Shown piece by piece: positions 1 through 10,067 of a DNA stretch of 64,000 bases. Source of the stretch: an uncultured Oscillospiraceae bacterium (GTDB lineage Bacteria; Bacillota; Clostridia; Christensenellales; QALW01). Within the stretch, counting starts at the first letter, position 1. Every line of letters starts with the position of its first letter. The notes under the pieces are model-generated. The model was not told where the DNA came from. It saw only the letters and a program-made list of their open reading frames with translations, and did no database searches. The stretch is from positions 5,281 to 69,280 of the forward strand of contig CAZBLS010000001.1 in assembly GCA_964492705.1 (NCBI GenBank). Direction: 5' to 3'. Both the position numbers and the translations under genes were made by a program.

Positions 1-155
1 CCGAAAAGTTCGTTACCTACGTTCCATATGCTGTAATTGCATATGCCCGCTTCCTTTAAAAGTGCTACGAGTTCGGGCCATATTTCGTTATGGCGCTTTA
101 CGTACTCATCTTTACAACCGTCTTTTACTATTGCTTTCCACGCATATCTTTCCAT
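1..155 (-). CDS. rhaM: L-rhamnose mutarotase, N-terminal part (gene runs off the window start)
   Basis: Not in the ORF track because it is truncated. Minus-strand ATG at 155-153 behind GGAGAA. The translation MERYAWKAIVKDGCKDEYVKRHNEIWPELVALLKEAGICNYSIWNVGNELF carries the EY.RHN.IWPEL...NY.I signature of the RhaM/YiiL family. Confidence 0.6.
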   Translation of the reverse strand, partial: MERYAWKAIVKDGCKDEYVKRHNEIWPELVALLKEAGICNYSIWNVGNELF

Positions 156-159
156 TGTT

Positions 160-420
160 TTATTCTCCTTTATTTTCTTCGTATGCTTTACGCACCGCTT
201 TTGAAAGTTGATCCGAACAGCTTGTGTTCTTCCATCCGCAGGTAATGCCTTTAAGTTTTTTCTCGATTTCTTCCACACGCATTCCGTCAACCAATGACGA
301 AATAGCTTTAAGATTGCCGTTGCATCCTCCCGTAAATTTAACGTTGCTGATAACGTCTCCGTTTATATCAAAGGATATAACGGTAGAACAGGTTCCGCTT
401 GTTTTATAACTGTACTGCAT
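160..420 (-). CDS. small TSCPD-domain protein (TIGR03905-like)
   Basis: 86-aa ORF. The pattern SGTCS...GGCNGNL...GITCGWKNTSCSDQL is typical of the small clostridial TSCPD family. Confidence 0.7.
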   Translation of the reverse strand: MQYSYKTSGTCSTVISFDINGDVISNVKFTGGCNGNLKAISSLVDGMRVEEIEKKLKGITCGWKNTSCSDQLSKAVRKAYEENKGE

Positions 421-430
421 ATTCTACTCC

Positions 431-2278
431 TTAAAAATATATATTGAAATATTCGCAATCGGTTTCATTCCTGTCATCGCCTGCCGAGGAATAATCGGTT
501 ACGCTTATTTTTTGCGTTTTGCAAACAATATCCGCATTAAGTACACAATCACCGTCACTGCGAATATTTTCCGCGTAAATGCTGTCATCTGCACATATGC
601 ACGTTTGTGAAAGTATATCTTTTTCTCCCGTTTTCTTGCTCCGAGCAAGCATAAGCGGTCCGTAGAACAACCTTAATGGGCGGCAAAACGCCATTGACGA
701 AAGGGGGATGATATTGCGTTTGCCCGTATCGGGATATTCGGTACGCCAGTTATTCGTATGCCAATCTTCACCGCATACGCTGTCGGTAATACCTGTGCTT
801 TCCTCCTTGCGGAGACAGAAATCAAAATCGATATCAAATACCGTTACGCCTTTTTTCACAAAAACCCTGTTATATTCTCCGTTTACTGCATGAACGCCGT
901 TTATATTTGCATTTTTTCCCGAAAATTCGGCAAAGCGCAAATACAGCGTTTTATCTCCGTCGGAGTTTACTGTAAGCGTAATTTTTCCGCCTGTTAAATA
1001 TCCGTCGGATACCGTTAAAGTACAGTCACCGCAATGGGCTGAAAACGCATTCCAATGATTTATATACAGGTCTCCGTCTTTTTTGCAAACGGCTGTTTCA
1101 ACGAAATTCAAATAACCTCTCGGCATATTATCCACACAACAGTGGTTATATTCGTATCCGCACTGACGTTCGCCCCAATAGTGTATACCGGAAGAACGTA
1201 TGCACCTTGCCGCCCAAGTTCCGTCGGATGAAAGGGACGCCATAAAAGCATTGTAGAATGTTTCCTCTGCCTCGTGCATATATTTAACATTTCCGCTTTC
1301 ACGGTAAAGTTCACTTGTAATACGCAACCAATGGATAACGTCGCAAGGCTCGGAAAGGGAATTCATAAACTCACCTGCACGGGAAAAATGGTCATTGAAC
1401 CCAACGGAACAAACGCCGTTTTTCTCATATTTGAAAATATTTTCCCAAATATTTTCAGCCGCTGTGAGATACTCTTTTTTTCCGGTAACTCGGTAATACT
1501 CTATCATACCGTCGACACAGGACATCATTTCATATGCTTTTGCCCAAAAACGTTCGCCATCTCGCCACTCGTGCAACGGTAATCCCTCCACACCCTTTGT
1601 AACGAGGGAAATCTTACCCGTTTTCATTTCGTCGGCAATACGGTCGGCAAACTTCAACAAAAGTTTGTTTCCCGTTTTTTCATATATGAGCAACACGGGT
1701 TTAAGTACCGATTCGCTCGGCAGACCGCAAAACATAGTCGTTCCCGTATCGGAAATGCGCACGTCTTTAAGTTCATCCGCCAACTGCAAGGCACTTTTTT
1801 CTGCCGCAAACAGAATATTTCCGTCTTCAAGCAACTGCGATGCTTCGTACAGTCCCCAAAGGGTGTACTTTCTGCACCAAATATTCCAGTTCCAATCGCA
1901 CGCCCAACCTTTTGCCCTGATCGCCTCTTCTTCCGAACAAGGGTAGAAGTTTGAAGAATTTTTATAGGAATTTATATACCCGTCGCTCCTTGCGGCGGAA
2001 AGTACACGGTAAACGGAATTTTTAACCGTCTCTTTAAGTTTTACGTCACCCGTATATCTTTGCACCCTGCAAGCGCTTATAATAAGTTTGCCCCAAAATT
2101 CTCCTCGCCAATATCCCACGGGAGTATCGTCATCATTTTGCATAAAAAGCGCACTTTCGGCTTCGGCAAGAATGCTGTTTTCGGCAAAATCCGAAAGTAC
2201 TCTGTTTGAGAAAAACCTTTGCATTTTCTCTTCCGTTTTACCCGAAAACCTGATTTTTTCGATGTTTAAAAACTCCAT
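431..2278 (-). CDS. glycoside hydrolase family 127-like protein (DUF1680, beta-L-arabinofuranosidase-like)
   Basis: 615-aa ORF. The GEFWGK-type N-terminal half plus the SEPCDV (E-x-C) and HCCVDN (CC) motifs resemble the Glu/Cys3 zinc site of GH127 HypBA1. Neighbour of rhaM. Confidence 0.5.
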   Translation of the reverse strand: MEFLNIEKIRFSGKTEEKMQRFFSNRVLSDFAENSILAEAESALFMQNDDDTPVGYWRGEFWGKLIISACRVQRYTGDVKLKETVKNSVYRVLSAARSDGYINSYKNSSNFYPCSEEEAIRAKGWACDWNWNIWCRKYTLWGLYEASQLLEDGNILFAAEKSALQLADELKDVRISDTGTTMFCGLPSESVLKPVLLIYEKTGNKLLLKFADRIADEMKTGKISLVTKGVEGLPLHEWRDGERFWAKAYEMMSCVDGMIEYYRVTGKKEYLTAAENIWENIFKYEKNGVCSVGFNDHFSRAGEFMNSLSEPCDVIHWLRITSELYRESGNVKYMHEAEETFYNAFMASLSSDGTWAARCIRSSGIHYWGERQCGYEYNHCCVDNMPRGYLNFVETAVCKKDGDLYINHWNAFSAHCGDCTLTVSDGYLTGGKITLTVNSDGDKTLYLRFAEFSGKNANINGVHAVNGEYNRVFVKKGVTVFDIDFDFCLRKEESTGITDSVCGEDWHTNNWRTEYPDTGKRNIIPLSSMAFCRPLRLFYGPLMLARSKKTGEKDILSQTCICADDSIYAENIRSDGDCVLNADIVCKTQKISVTDYSSAGDDRNETDCEYFNIYF

Positions 2279-2298
2279 TTTACCACCTTATACCTTGT

Positions 2299-3306
2299 TT
2301 ATAACAGAATTATTCCGTTTTTACGGCAAGTTTCTTCGGTTTCTTTATCCCATACCGAAACCTGTACCTGTCCTATATGCGCCTTTTGCAAAAGAAGCAT
2401 ACAAAGACGGGACTGTCCTATTCCTCCGCCCACCGTAAGGGGAAGTTCGCCGTTTAACAGCATTTTATGGAATTGCATTTCACTGCGCTCGGTGCAGTTT
2501 GCTTTTTCAAGTTGCTCCGCAAGTGACTTTTCGTCAACACGGATGCCCATAGACGATACTTCTATCGAGCACTGCATAACGTCGTCCCAAAAGAGAATAT
2601 CGCCGTTAAGCGACCAATCGTCATAGTCTGGTGCTCTGCCGTCGTGAGGCTTGCCGGATGCAAGTTTATCGCCTATCTGCATTAAAAATACCGTACCGTA
2701 TTTTTTTGTCAGTTCATTTTCTCTTTCTTTGGGAGTAAGTTCGGGATAGGCATCCTCCGCTTCCTGCGTTGTGATAAATTTAACTTCTCGGGAAAGTTCA
2801 ATATCCACCGTGGGGAATTTTTCTTTTATCATTTCGGAAGTATCGGCAACGGCATCAACGATATCCTGTACCGTCTTTTTAAGATACCCCTCGTTTCGCT
2901 CTTCCCGAGTGATGACTTTTTCCCAGTCCCACTGATCCACGTAAACGGAATGAAAATTATCAAGGTCTTCGTCTCTGCGTATCGCATTCATATCGGTGTA
3001 AAGTCCGCATCCTGCCGAAAAGTGGTAATTATGCAAAGCCATACGCTTCCACTTTGCCAAAGAATGTACTACCTGTACGCAATCACCCGTTGCCTTTAAA
3101 TCGAAAGCAACTGCACGTTCAACGCCGTTAAGGTCATCGTTAAGTCCCGTTTCGGGTTTAACAAACAGCGGAGCGGTTACCCTTTTCAGATTAAGTTTTT
3201 TAGCAAGTCTGTTTTGAAAAAACTGTCTCAGTTCGCCGATTGCAAGTTGCGTTTGGTAGATATCCAACTTTTCCACATAGTTTTTCGGAACGGTCACTTT
3301 ATTCAT
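2299..3306 (-). CDS. asnA: aspartate--ammonia ligase (asparagine synthetase A)
   Basis: Translation from MNKVTVPKNYVEKLDIYQTQ... (335 aa) is a full-length AsnA (SVYVDQWDWEK, GGGIGQSRL). GGAGG lies 9 nt upstream of the ATG at 3306. The 420-aa ORF-track version is an unsupported 5' extension. Confidence 0.9.
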   Translation of the reverse strand: MNKVTVPKNYVEKLDIYQTQLAIGELRQFFQNRLAKKLNLKRVTAPLFVKPETGLNDDLNGVERAVAFDLKATGDCVQVVHSLAKWKRMALHNYHFSAGCGLYTDMNAIRRDEDLDNFHSVYVDQWDWEKVITREERNEGYLKKTVQDIVDAVADTSEMIKEKFPTVDIELSREVKFITTQEAEDAYPELTPKERENELTKKYGTVFLMQIGDKLASGKPHDGRAPDYDDWSLNGDILFWDDVMQCSIEVSSMGIRVDEKSLAEQLEKANCTERSEMQFHKMLLNGELPLTVGGGIGQSRLCMLLLQKAHIGQVQVSVWDKETEETCRKNGIILL

Positions 3307-3346
3307 AATCATACACCTCCGAATCGACCGCATTTTTATGCAGACA

Positions 3347-3375
3347 AGTATACCACAGATTACCCGAACAGTCAA
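3347..3375 (-). promoter_or_regulatory. sigma-A type promoter for asnA
   Basis: Minus strand: TTGACT (3375-3370), 17-nt spacer, TATACT (3352-3347), about 40 nt upstream of the asnA start. Confidence 0.55.
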
Positions 3376-3396
3376 GTTTTTGCGCATTTGAGCAAT

Positions 3397-3423
3397 AAAA
3401 AAATCCGCAGAAAACTCTGCGGA
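3397..3423 (-). terminator. rho-independent terminator after the J-domain gene
   Basis: Minus-strand hairpin TCCGCAG-agtttt-CTGCGGA followed by a run of 7 T, starting 5 nt after the stop at 3429-3431. Confidence 0.7.
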
Positions 3424-3428
3424 AAAAT

Positions 3429-4043
3429 TCAACACCAAAAGCAGGGCACAAATCTGCCACCCGAAAGACAGCAACACAGTACCGCCGCAAGCCTTGCAAG
3501 CAAAGGTCCCGAGGGAACGCCGTAGTGCACGGTGCGTTGCGTATAGCGCTCGGAAGCGCATATTTTCTCGTAAAAATCACGGTATTCAATATTTGAGGGG
3601 TCGGTCTTCACCGCAACGGACGCATATTCAACCGCCGCCGCTTTATTGCCCAAATTATAGTTAGCCACAGCCGAAAGATAGTACCATTGGGGATCGCGGG
3701 TGTCCATTGCCTGCAATGCTTTAAGTGCCTCGTAATACCGCCCGTTCATTATAAACGAACGAACGGTTCCGTAAGAAGCGCCCGAATAGTAACTTCCCGA
3801 ATAACCGCCTGTACCGTAACTTCCCTGTGACGAATAGTTCTGTGAAGAATAATTTCCGTATCCGTTTTTGCCCGAACGCAACATATTGTAAGCCTCGTTG
3901 ATCTTGCTCATCTGTTCGGCGGCGTTTTTGTCATTGGGGTTAAGGTCCGGATGATACTTTTTGGCAAGACGCTTGTATGCCTTAGATATCTCCTCCTGTG
4001 TGGCATCCGGTGAAACACCCAAAACTTTATAGGGATCCGTCAC
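3429..4043 (-). CDS. J-domain protein with G/S/Y-rich linker, TPR-like segment and Cys-rich hydrophobic tail
   Basis: DPYKVLGV...KKYHPDLNP (HPD) J-domain; linker [28 protein letters not shown]; C-terminal [16 protein letters not shown]. Preferred start is GTG 4043 (GGAGG 8 nt upstream), which overlaps the upstream stop as GTGA. The ORF-track start at 4070 is a TTG without an RBS. Confidence 0.75.
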   Translation of the reverse strand: MTDPYKVLGVSPDATQEEISKAYKRLAKKYHPDLNPNDKNAAEQMSKINEAYNMLRSGKNGYGNYSSQNYSSQGSYGTGGYSGSYYSGASYGTVRSFIMNGRYYEALKALQAMDTRDPQWYYLSAVANYNLGNKAAAVEYASVAVKTDPSNIEYRDFYEKICASERYTQRTVHYGVPSGPLLARLAAVLCCCLSGGRFVPCFWC

Positions 4044-4825
4044 GAAAATTTCCTCCTGTACTTTATCCAAATGCCCGAAAACAGAACGTTGTCGATTATT
4101 TCTCTGTTCTCGGTAAAATCCATTTTATCATATATATCTGTGCAATCGCATAGCAGTATTGTTAAAATTTGCTGAAAATCTGCGGAAGATATTTCCACCA
4201 TGGGATTATACCGCATTTTTTTGATATCCTGCTTTAAATCAACGCAGGCATCCATAACGTATATCACTTTGCCGAGGCTGTATCCGAAATCGTATAAATC
4301 TCCTTTTTTATCATCGATATCGAATATTTCCCCCATAATTTCGCCGAAAAAGCCTGCCGGAATATCCGGATTGCGTTCATCGTACTTTTCAGCCTGTGCT
4401 ATATTTTTAAGAGCATTTTCTATTTTTTCCGTTTTGAGGGGATATTTGCCCTTTATTTTCTCTGCGTGTTTTTTTACGGCGTTGAAGTTAAATCTTGTTT
4501 TTCCCTCATCTTCACGGTCATCGCAGAATTTACAGTAAGTCATAAGCATATTCATTTCGGCGGCATATTCGGTAAACCTGTTTTCTTCGAAAAGATGCTT
4601 TTTAAACGGGTGAACGGCACAGCGCAGAAAATTTTTTTCGCCGTTCACACCGTAATATCCGCTTAAAAACACAATAAGAAAAGTCATATCGAAATTAAGC
4701 GTAAGCCGACCGAGATTGCCGAATTTTTCACCTAACTTTTTGCAAAGTCCGCAATAATAGGCACGGTAGGCTGTTCTGTTTTCCTCACTTAAATGCTCAA
4801 AATCGGCATTTACAAATCCAAACAT
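4040..4825 (-). CDS. DUF5685-like protein (function unknown)
   Basis: 261-aa ORF with N-terminal YYCGLCKKL. It resembles the clostridial DUF5685 family as I remember it. Translationally coupled to the J-domain gene. Confidence 0.5.
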   Translation of the reverse strand: MFGFVNADFEHLSEENRTAYRAYYCGLCKKLGEKFGNLGRLTLNFDMTFLIVFLSGYYGVNGEKNFLRCAVHPFKKHLFEENRFTEYAAEMNMLMTYCKFCDDREDEGKTRFNFNAVKKHAEKIKGKYPLKTEKIENALKNIAQAEKYDERNPDIPAGFFGEIMGEIFDIDDKKGDLYDFGYSLGKVIYVMDACVDLKQDIKKMRYNPMVEISSADFQQILTILLCDCTDIYDKMDFTENREIIDNVLFSGIWIKYRRKFS

Positions 4826-5481
4826 ATTACTTCATCTCCGTTTACGGATATTTCGTTTTCACTTACATTGCACCCGTAAGCCCTGATCTTTACTCCCGCA
4901 TTTTTCGCTTCGGCAAGTGCTTTTTCAAACACGGGATCGGTTGCGCCGTTGGGCTTAAAGGAAGTTGCGCCCTTAAACTGAACCGCAAGGAACAGTTCCG
5001 CTCCGTATCCGTTTTTTACCGCATCGGCAAGTTCTTTCAAGTGTTTTGTCCCGCGAAGTGTAGGCGCATCGGGGAAATAGGCAATACCGTCTTTTTCGAG
5101 AGTGACGCCTTTCACCTCAACAAAAGTCTTTTTGCCGTCCTTTTCGCCCATAAGGTCAAAACGGGAATTTTTATATCTGACTTCTCTTTGCAGAACGTCA
5201 AACCTTTTATTCAAAAACTCATAGACTACCGTATTGGGCGCAAAGGAATCAATATTGAATATTCTCTCCCCTTTTAACACCGCAACAAGGTCGTAACCCG
5301 TTTTTCGGTTGGGATTTTCCGCTTTGTCAAGCCACACGGTGCACCCAGAAACCAAAAGTTCCTTGCATCTTCCCGTATTTTTTACATGCACCGTCTCTTC
5401 TCTGCCGTTTAAAAGCACTTTTGCCGTAAATCTGTTGGGTCTGGACAGAAAAACCGCTTTTTCTATATTACGGTAAATCAT
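4810..5481 (-). CDS. sfsA: DNA/RNA nuclease SfsA (sugar fermentation stimulation protein)
   Basis: Canonical SfsA N-terminus FLSRPNRFTAKV...VHVKNTGRCKELL. 223 aa. Confidence 0.85.
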   Translation of the reverse strand: MIYRNIEKAVFLSRPNRFTAKVLLNGREETVHVKNTGRCKELLVSGCTVWLDKAENPNRKTGYDLVAVLKGERIFNIDSFAPNTVVYEFLNKRFDVLQREVRYKNSRFDLMGEKDGKKTFVEVKGVTLEKDGIAYFPDAPTLRGTKHLKELADAVKNGYGAELFLAVQFKGATSFKPNGATDPVFEKALAEAKNAGVKIRAYGCNVSENEISVNGDEVICLDL

Positions 5482-6154
5482 TTAAGCAATCCTCAAACTG
5501 TGCAAGTGAAGTTATTATTCTGTCGGGTATCACATCTTTTATTTCCGTGTTATCGGGAGAAAACAAGCAAGTGTATATGCCCGCATTTTTTCCGCCCGTT
5601 ATATCCGAAGAAAGGCTGTCTCCTAAAATAACGGCTTTTTTGCGGTCAAAATTCTCAATCTGCCTAAAACATCCCTCAAAAAATTCTCTGTCGGGTTTGT
5701 TAAAGCCCACTTCCTGCGAAATAAATATCTTTTCAAAATACTTGCCTATGCCCGAACATTCTATTCTGCCGTGCTGAATTTCCGCATTCCCGTTAGTTGC
5801 ACCGTAAAGTTTGTATTTTCCCTGCAAACTTTCAAGCAGTTCTATTGCTCCGTCAATAAAGAAAGCCTGTTTTGCCAACCTTAACGCATATCTCCTGTGG
5901 GCTTCAAAAGGGTCTGCGTTCACGTTTAACTTTGAAAACAGCATTGCAAACCGTCTTACCGTAAGTTCGCTTCTTGTGATCTTCTTTTTTTCAAGGAGTT
6001 TCCACATATCGCTGTTTATACGGCTGTACATAGTAACTGCACTGTCATCTGCACATATGTTCATTTCGGCAAGTGACTCTTTGAGTGCCGTGCTTTCGCT
6101 TTTTGTAAAATCAAGCAAAGTATTATCCAAGTCCAAAAACACAAATTCTATCAT
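5468..6154 (-). CDS. HAD-family hydrolase (YjjG-like nucleotidase)
   Basis: Motif I FLDLDNTLLDF and C-terminal GDSLSSDI. 228 aa. Confidence 0.7.
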   Translation of the reverse strand: MIEFVFLDLDNTLLDFTKSESTALKESLAEMNICADDSAVTMYSRINSDMWKLLEKKKITRSELTVRRFAMLFSKLNVNADPFEAHRRYALRLAKQAFFIDGAIELLESLQGKYKLYGATNGNAEIQHGRIECSGIGKYFEKIFISQEVGFNKPDREFFEGCFRQIENFDRKKAVILGDSLSSDITGGKNAGIYTCLFSPDNTEIKDVIPDRIITSLAQFEDCLNDLP

Positions 6155-6295
6155 TTTTTATCTCCGTAAAGGTCCGTTTAAAGAGATTATACAATTTTTT
6201 GTCCCATTTGGCAAGATAAACACAAATATTTCTCTTTTCTTTTTTTCATTTAGGCATTATAATATATAAGAACAAACGAAAGGCTTTTTGCAAAT

Positions 6296-7096
6296 ATGAA
6301 AAAATTTTTATCTTTAACGCTTATCGCACTAACTGTATTTACGGCAACCGCCTGTTCTTCAAGCGTATCCGACATTGAACTTGACAAGGCAAAAGTTTTA
6401 ACCGACTTTTCAGCCGTATACCGTGTAAAGAACGAAAGCAATTTGATTGAGTACGACAACGCATACACCGTAAGCACCGCCGACGGAATAATGAACATTT
6501 CCTCATACACCGAACTTCCCTATACACAGAAGGACGAAAACGGTGAAGAGGTCACACTCGGCACGCAAACAATAAAAACGGAGCAGAAAGTAATTTACAC
6601 CGACACTTCGAATGCGACTTTCGGTATGCCCGTATTTTCTTCTCAGGAATTTACAAACTCCGCAATGGCAAATCAGTATACTTCCTTTACTTTTGAGCAC
6701 GACCACGCACTTTCAAGCGGACTTATAAAAACACGTAAGTATTCCGAAAGCGAAGACAGCGGATACAGCGAGAAATTATATTCGGTAAAACTGAAAAAGC
6801 AGTATTTTGACAAGGATGCACTGCCCTTTATAATGTCATCGTTCCCGTTAAGCGGAGGCGTTATTTGGCTCTCTTCCGGCAACAGAGACAGTTTGCAAGC
6901 GGTAAAGTACGAATTTGAGGGTACGGAAGATATCTCCACCGATTTGGGAAAATTCACCTGCAACAGGTTTTTGCTCCGCCCCAACACTTCATTTACGTCT
7001 TCAAAGGCATATATGTGGATAGATGCCGAAAGCGGACTTCCCATAAAAGTCGAAAGTGCATCTTCGGTTATGATACTTGCCTCAATAGGTGACTAA
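6296..7096 (+). CDS. putative lipoprotein, function unknown
   Basis: Signal peptide MKKFLSLTLIALTVFTATAC with a lipobox-like cysteine. No recognisable catalytic motif. Confidence 0.5.
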   Translation: MKKFLSLTLIALTVFTATACSSSVSDIELDKAKVLTDFSAVYRVKNESNLIEYDNAYTVSTADGIMNISSYTELPYTQKDENGEEVTLGTQTIKTEQKVIYTDTSNATFGMPVFSSQEFTNSAMANQYTSFTFEHDHALSSGLIKTRKYSESEDSGYSEKLYSVKLKKQYFDKDALPFIMSSFPLSGGVIWLSSGNRDSLQAVKYEFEGTEDISTDLGKFTCNRFLLRPNTSFTSSKAYMWIDAESGLPIKVESASSVMILASIGD

Positions 7097-7098
7097 TT

Positions 7099-8205
7099 AT
7101 GGAATCGGTCAAAAGTTTTATTAAAAAAAATGCCGTTACGGTGATTGCATTTATTGCCGCCGCCGTAACGGCTTTTATAGTGCCTCCCGACAAAGAGTAT
7201 ATAGGCTACTTTGATTTTAAAACGCTTTCCTGTCTTTTTTGCGTTTTGGCAGTAGTATGCGCACTGAAAAACATCGGTTTTTTCTATCTTTTGGCAAAGC
7301 AGATAGTAAAAAGATTTAAAACCGTGCGTTCATCGGTAATAGTGCTTGTATGCATTACGTTTATCGGGTCAATGTTTATAGCCAACGATATGGCATTACT
7401 CACGTTTTTGCCTCTCGGTTATCTTGTGCTTTCTTCTACGGGCGAAGAGGGATATCTTGCTTTTACCTTTGTAATGCAAAACATTGCCGCCAATTTGGGT
7501 GGAATGCTTACTCCGTTCGGCAATCCTCAAAACCTGTATCTGTACACGAAATTCAATATTCCCACAGGTGAATTTATGCTGATAATGCTACCCGTATTTA
7601 TCCTTTCGGTAGCACTTATTATGCTTTGCTGTTTTGTTTTTATCAAGCCCGAAAAATTGGAACTTAAAAGCGAACCCGTTACTTTGCCCAAAGTAAAAAC
7701 CGCCGTGTATCTTCTTCTTTTCGTATTGGCTATCGCCATAGTTTTCAGAGGTATCCCCTATTGGCTCGGTCTTATTTTCATTCCCCTTGTACTGCTGTTT
7801 TTTGACAGAAAAGCATTGCTTGCGGTGGATTATCCTCTGCTTTTAACATTCGTTTTTTTCTTTATATTTGCGGGAAATATGGCACGTATAGATTCCGTAC
7901 GCAACCTTTTTGCCTTTTTACTTGAAAAGAACACTCTGCTGTTCTCGGTACTTTCCTGTCAAATAATAAGCAACGTACCGTCGGCAATACTCCTTTCACA
8001 GTTTACCGAGGATTATGCACATCTTTTGGCAGGCGTCAACATAGGTGGTGTGGGCACGCTTATTTCTTCCCTTGCAAGTTTAATAACGTTTAGGGAATAC
8101 ACAAGCCGTTTTCCCAACCAAACAAAGCGGTATATTGCCCTGTTTTCCCTTTTCAGTTTCGGATTTTTACTTATCCTAACTGTCTTTGCGTTGATAATTA
8201 TGTAA
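7099..8205 (+). CDS. anion permease of the ArsB/NhaD (citrate-transporter-like, SLC13) superfamily
   Basis: 368-aa polytopic membrane protein. NDMALLTFLPLG and TPFGNPQNLYLY motifs are typical of this permease fold. Confidence 0.6.
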   Translation: MESVKSFIKKNAVTVIAFIAAAVTAFIVPPDKEYIGYFDFKTLSCLFCVLAVVCALKNIGFFYLLAKQIVKRFKTVRSSVIVLVCITFIGSMFIANDMALLTFLPLGYLVLSSTGEEGYLAFTFVMQNIAANLGGMLTPFGNPQNLYLYTKFNIPTGEFMLIMLPVFILSVALIMLCCFVFIKPEKLELKSEPVTLPKVKTAVYLLLFVLAIAIVFRGIPYWLGLIFIPLVLLFFDRKALLAVDYPLLLTFVFFFIFAGNMARIDSVRNLFAFLLEKNTLLFSVLSCQIISNVPSAILLSQFTEDYAHLLAGVNIGGVGTLISSLASLITFREYTSRFPNQTKRYIALFSLFSFGFLLILTVFALIIM

Positions 8206-8211
8206 AAAACA

Positions 8212-8243
8212 TCCCCTTGAAAGAATCAAGGGGACTTGTTTTT
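8212..8243. terminator. bidirectional terminator between convergent genes
   Basis: TCCCCTTGA-aagaa-TCAAGGGGA hairpin with T-rich flanks on both strands (cttgttttt on plus, tgtttttt on minus). Confidence 0.7.
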
Positions 8244-9033
8244 ACAGTTCGGTTTTAAGGCAAAGGGGGTAGTGGTCGGAAAGATATATTCCGTTGAACT
8301 CATCTTTCCAAAGTTCCGAAGTATGATTTTTTTCAGCAGTGCCTTTATCGGTATAGATATAATCTATCTTCATTGATTCATCGCCCTGTGCGGTAAACTT
8401 TCTGCCGAAATCGTGCCACGTGCCTCCGCTTTCCCTTGTAAGGTCGCAGATAGGCAATTTTTCGAAATTATCGCAGTAGCGTACCGTTTCACTGTCGGGC
8501 AACGCATTGAAATCGCCGAGCAAGAACAGCGGAAGTTCGTTTTCTTCCTGCCGTGCATAAGCATAATCCAATATTTGGTGAATTCCCAAAATGCGTGCTT
8601 CGTCGCTTACGTGGTCAAGATGCACGTTATATACCCTGAAAAGTTTTCCGCTTACGCCGTCACGCAAAGTAATGCATTGGCATATTCTCGGGCAGGGACT
8701 TTGGATCTTAAATCTCGATCCTGCAATTCTCGGCGTTTCGGAAAGCCAAAACACATCAAACCCATAAAGTTCCATACGGTCTTTTTTCAGTGCAACCGCC
8801 AATCCCTCACCGCTGTAATCGGAATTGCGCCTGTTGAAAACAAGCGTATAACCGTCAAGATGTTTACTTAAAAACTCATAGTGCGGATCAACGCACTCCT
8901 GAAAACATATTACGTCGGGCTTTTCCTGCGCTATCTTATCGAGAATCATTCCCGACCGATGTATAAAACTGTTTGCGCCGTCGATTTCGCCGTTGTATAC
9001 GCAACGCAAATTAAAACTTACTATACTTATCAT
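8242..9033 (-). CDS. endonuclease/exonuclease/phosphatase (EEP) family protein
   Basis: N-terminal SFNLRC and C-terminal LSDHYPL are EEP hallmarks. Preferred start is ATG 9033 (GGAGG 8 nt upstream) rather than the ORF-track start at 9087. Confidence 0.7.
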   Translation of the reverse strand: MISIVSFNLRCVYNGEIDGANSFIHRSGMILDKIAQEKPDVICFQECVDPHYEFLSKHLDGYTLVFNRRNSDYSGEGLAVALKKDRMELYGFDVFWLSETPRIAGSRFKIQSPCPRICQCITLRDGVSGKLFRVYNVHLDHVSDEARILGIHQILDYAYARQEENELPLFLLGDFNALPDSETVRYCDNFEKLPICDLTRESGGTWHDFGRKFTAQGDESMKIDYIYTDKGTAEKNHTSELWKDEFNGIYLSDHYPLCLKTEL

Positions 9034-9085
9034 TTGAAATTCCTCCGTTTCTTTGAATATTATACTCATTTCTCCGCCTGCCGTC

Positions 9086-9121
9086 AACTGAAAACGGGTT
9101 CGGCAGTGAGCCGAACCCGTT
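9086..9121 (-). terminator. terminator downstream of the cotJ operon
   Basis: 11-bp stem AACGGGTTCGG / CCGAACCCGTT (9093-9121), followed on the minus strand by TTTTCAG. Confidence 0.5.
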
Positions 9122-9232
9122 ACGTGTTATATTATAAAATCATCCTGTCTGCCCGTAAAAAGTCGGCAACTCTTCTTCAAAGTTTTCAACGGCTATAACG
9201 TAAGCACAGATATCGTCATTTAATTTCCCAAA

Positions 9233-9808
9233 TCAGCCTTTTGCATAGCCTGCCATACAGTTATTTTGCAAACTCATAAGTGCTTCACCGAAGCGTTGGA
9301 AGTGCACTATCTCACGTTCCCTTAAAAGAGCCAAAGGCTCTATAACACTGTCGTCTCCCGTTAAATTCATAAGCCGTTCGTACGCCGCCCGTGCTTTTTG
9401 CTCTGCTGCCATATCGTTTACAAGGTTTGCAATGGGGTCATCCAATACCTGAATATACCCTGCGTTCCACGCTTCTCCCGAGGGGCTTTGTTGGAACACG
9501 CCTTTTCCCCTTACCGCATAGTAATCGCCGAGGCCGGCACTGCGCATTTCTTCCGCCGTTGCGTTTTTGGTAAGTTGATATATCATCGCACCGAGCATTT
9601 CCCAATGGGCAAGTTCCTCAGTGCCGATATCGTTAAGCAACGCCTTTGTTTCGGGTGTAGGCATAGTGTAGCGCTGTGCAAGATAGGTCTGCGATGCGGA
9701 AAGTTCACTGTCGGGACCGCCGTACTGCGCAAAAAGATATTTTGCCATAGCAAGATCGCTTTTTTGAATATTTACGGGAAACTGCAATTTCTTTTCATAT
9801 ATCCACAT
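9233..9808 (-). CDS. cotJC: manganese-catalase-family spore coat protein CotJC
   Basis: YGGPDSELSASQTYLAQRY and EELAHWEML ferritin-like motifs. Third gene of a cotJA-B-C arrangement. Confidence 0.85.
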   Translation of the reverse strand: MWIYEKKLQFPVNIQKSDLAMAKYLFAQYGGPDSELSASQTYLAQRYTMPTPETKALLNDIGTEELAHWEMLGAMIYQLTKNATAEEMRSAGLGDYYAVRGKGVFQQSPSGEAWNAGYIQVLDDPIANLVNDMAAEQKARAAYERLMNLTGDDSVIEPLALLREREIVHFQRFGEALMSLQNNCMAGYAKG

Positions 9809-9821
9809 ATACTTATCCTCC

Positions 9822-10067
9822 TTAATTTTCCCACGGCCACGGCGAATTTATCCACGAATACGTTTCCCCTGCCGGACAGAGACCGAAATTAAGTGTTGCG
9901 CCGTAGGAAGAAAAATATTCTTCCCGAAGCGATGCCAACTGTGAGGAATAGGTATTGTACAGTTCCCGTGCTTCCCTGTTTTCGGGATGGGTATCCAAAA
10001 AGAGATTAAGTTCCGTAAGCATAAAGCCGAGTTCCTGCAATTTTCTCATCATCTCCTGCTGTGTCAC
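9822..10067 (-). CDS. cotJB: spore coat protein CotJB
   Basis: 81 aa with LQELGFMLTELNLFLDTHPEN, typical of CotJB. 4-nt overlap with cotJA. Confidence 0.8.
   Translation of the reverse strand: MTQQEMMRKLQELGFMLTELNLFLDTHPENREARELYNTYSSQLASLREEYFSSYGATLNFGLCPAGETYSWINSPWPWEN

Noticed and set aside
3307-3561. Upstream extension of asnA (420-aa ORF) and the overlapping 96-aa and 103-aa ORFs
   Set aside because: The extension runs through a clear terminator and a TTGACT-17-TATACT promoter. AsnA homology starts at MNKVTV, which has a proper RBS.
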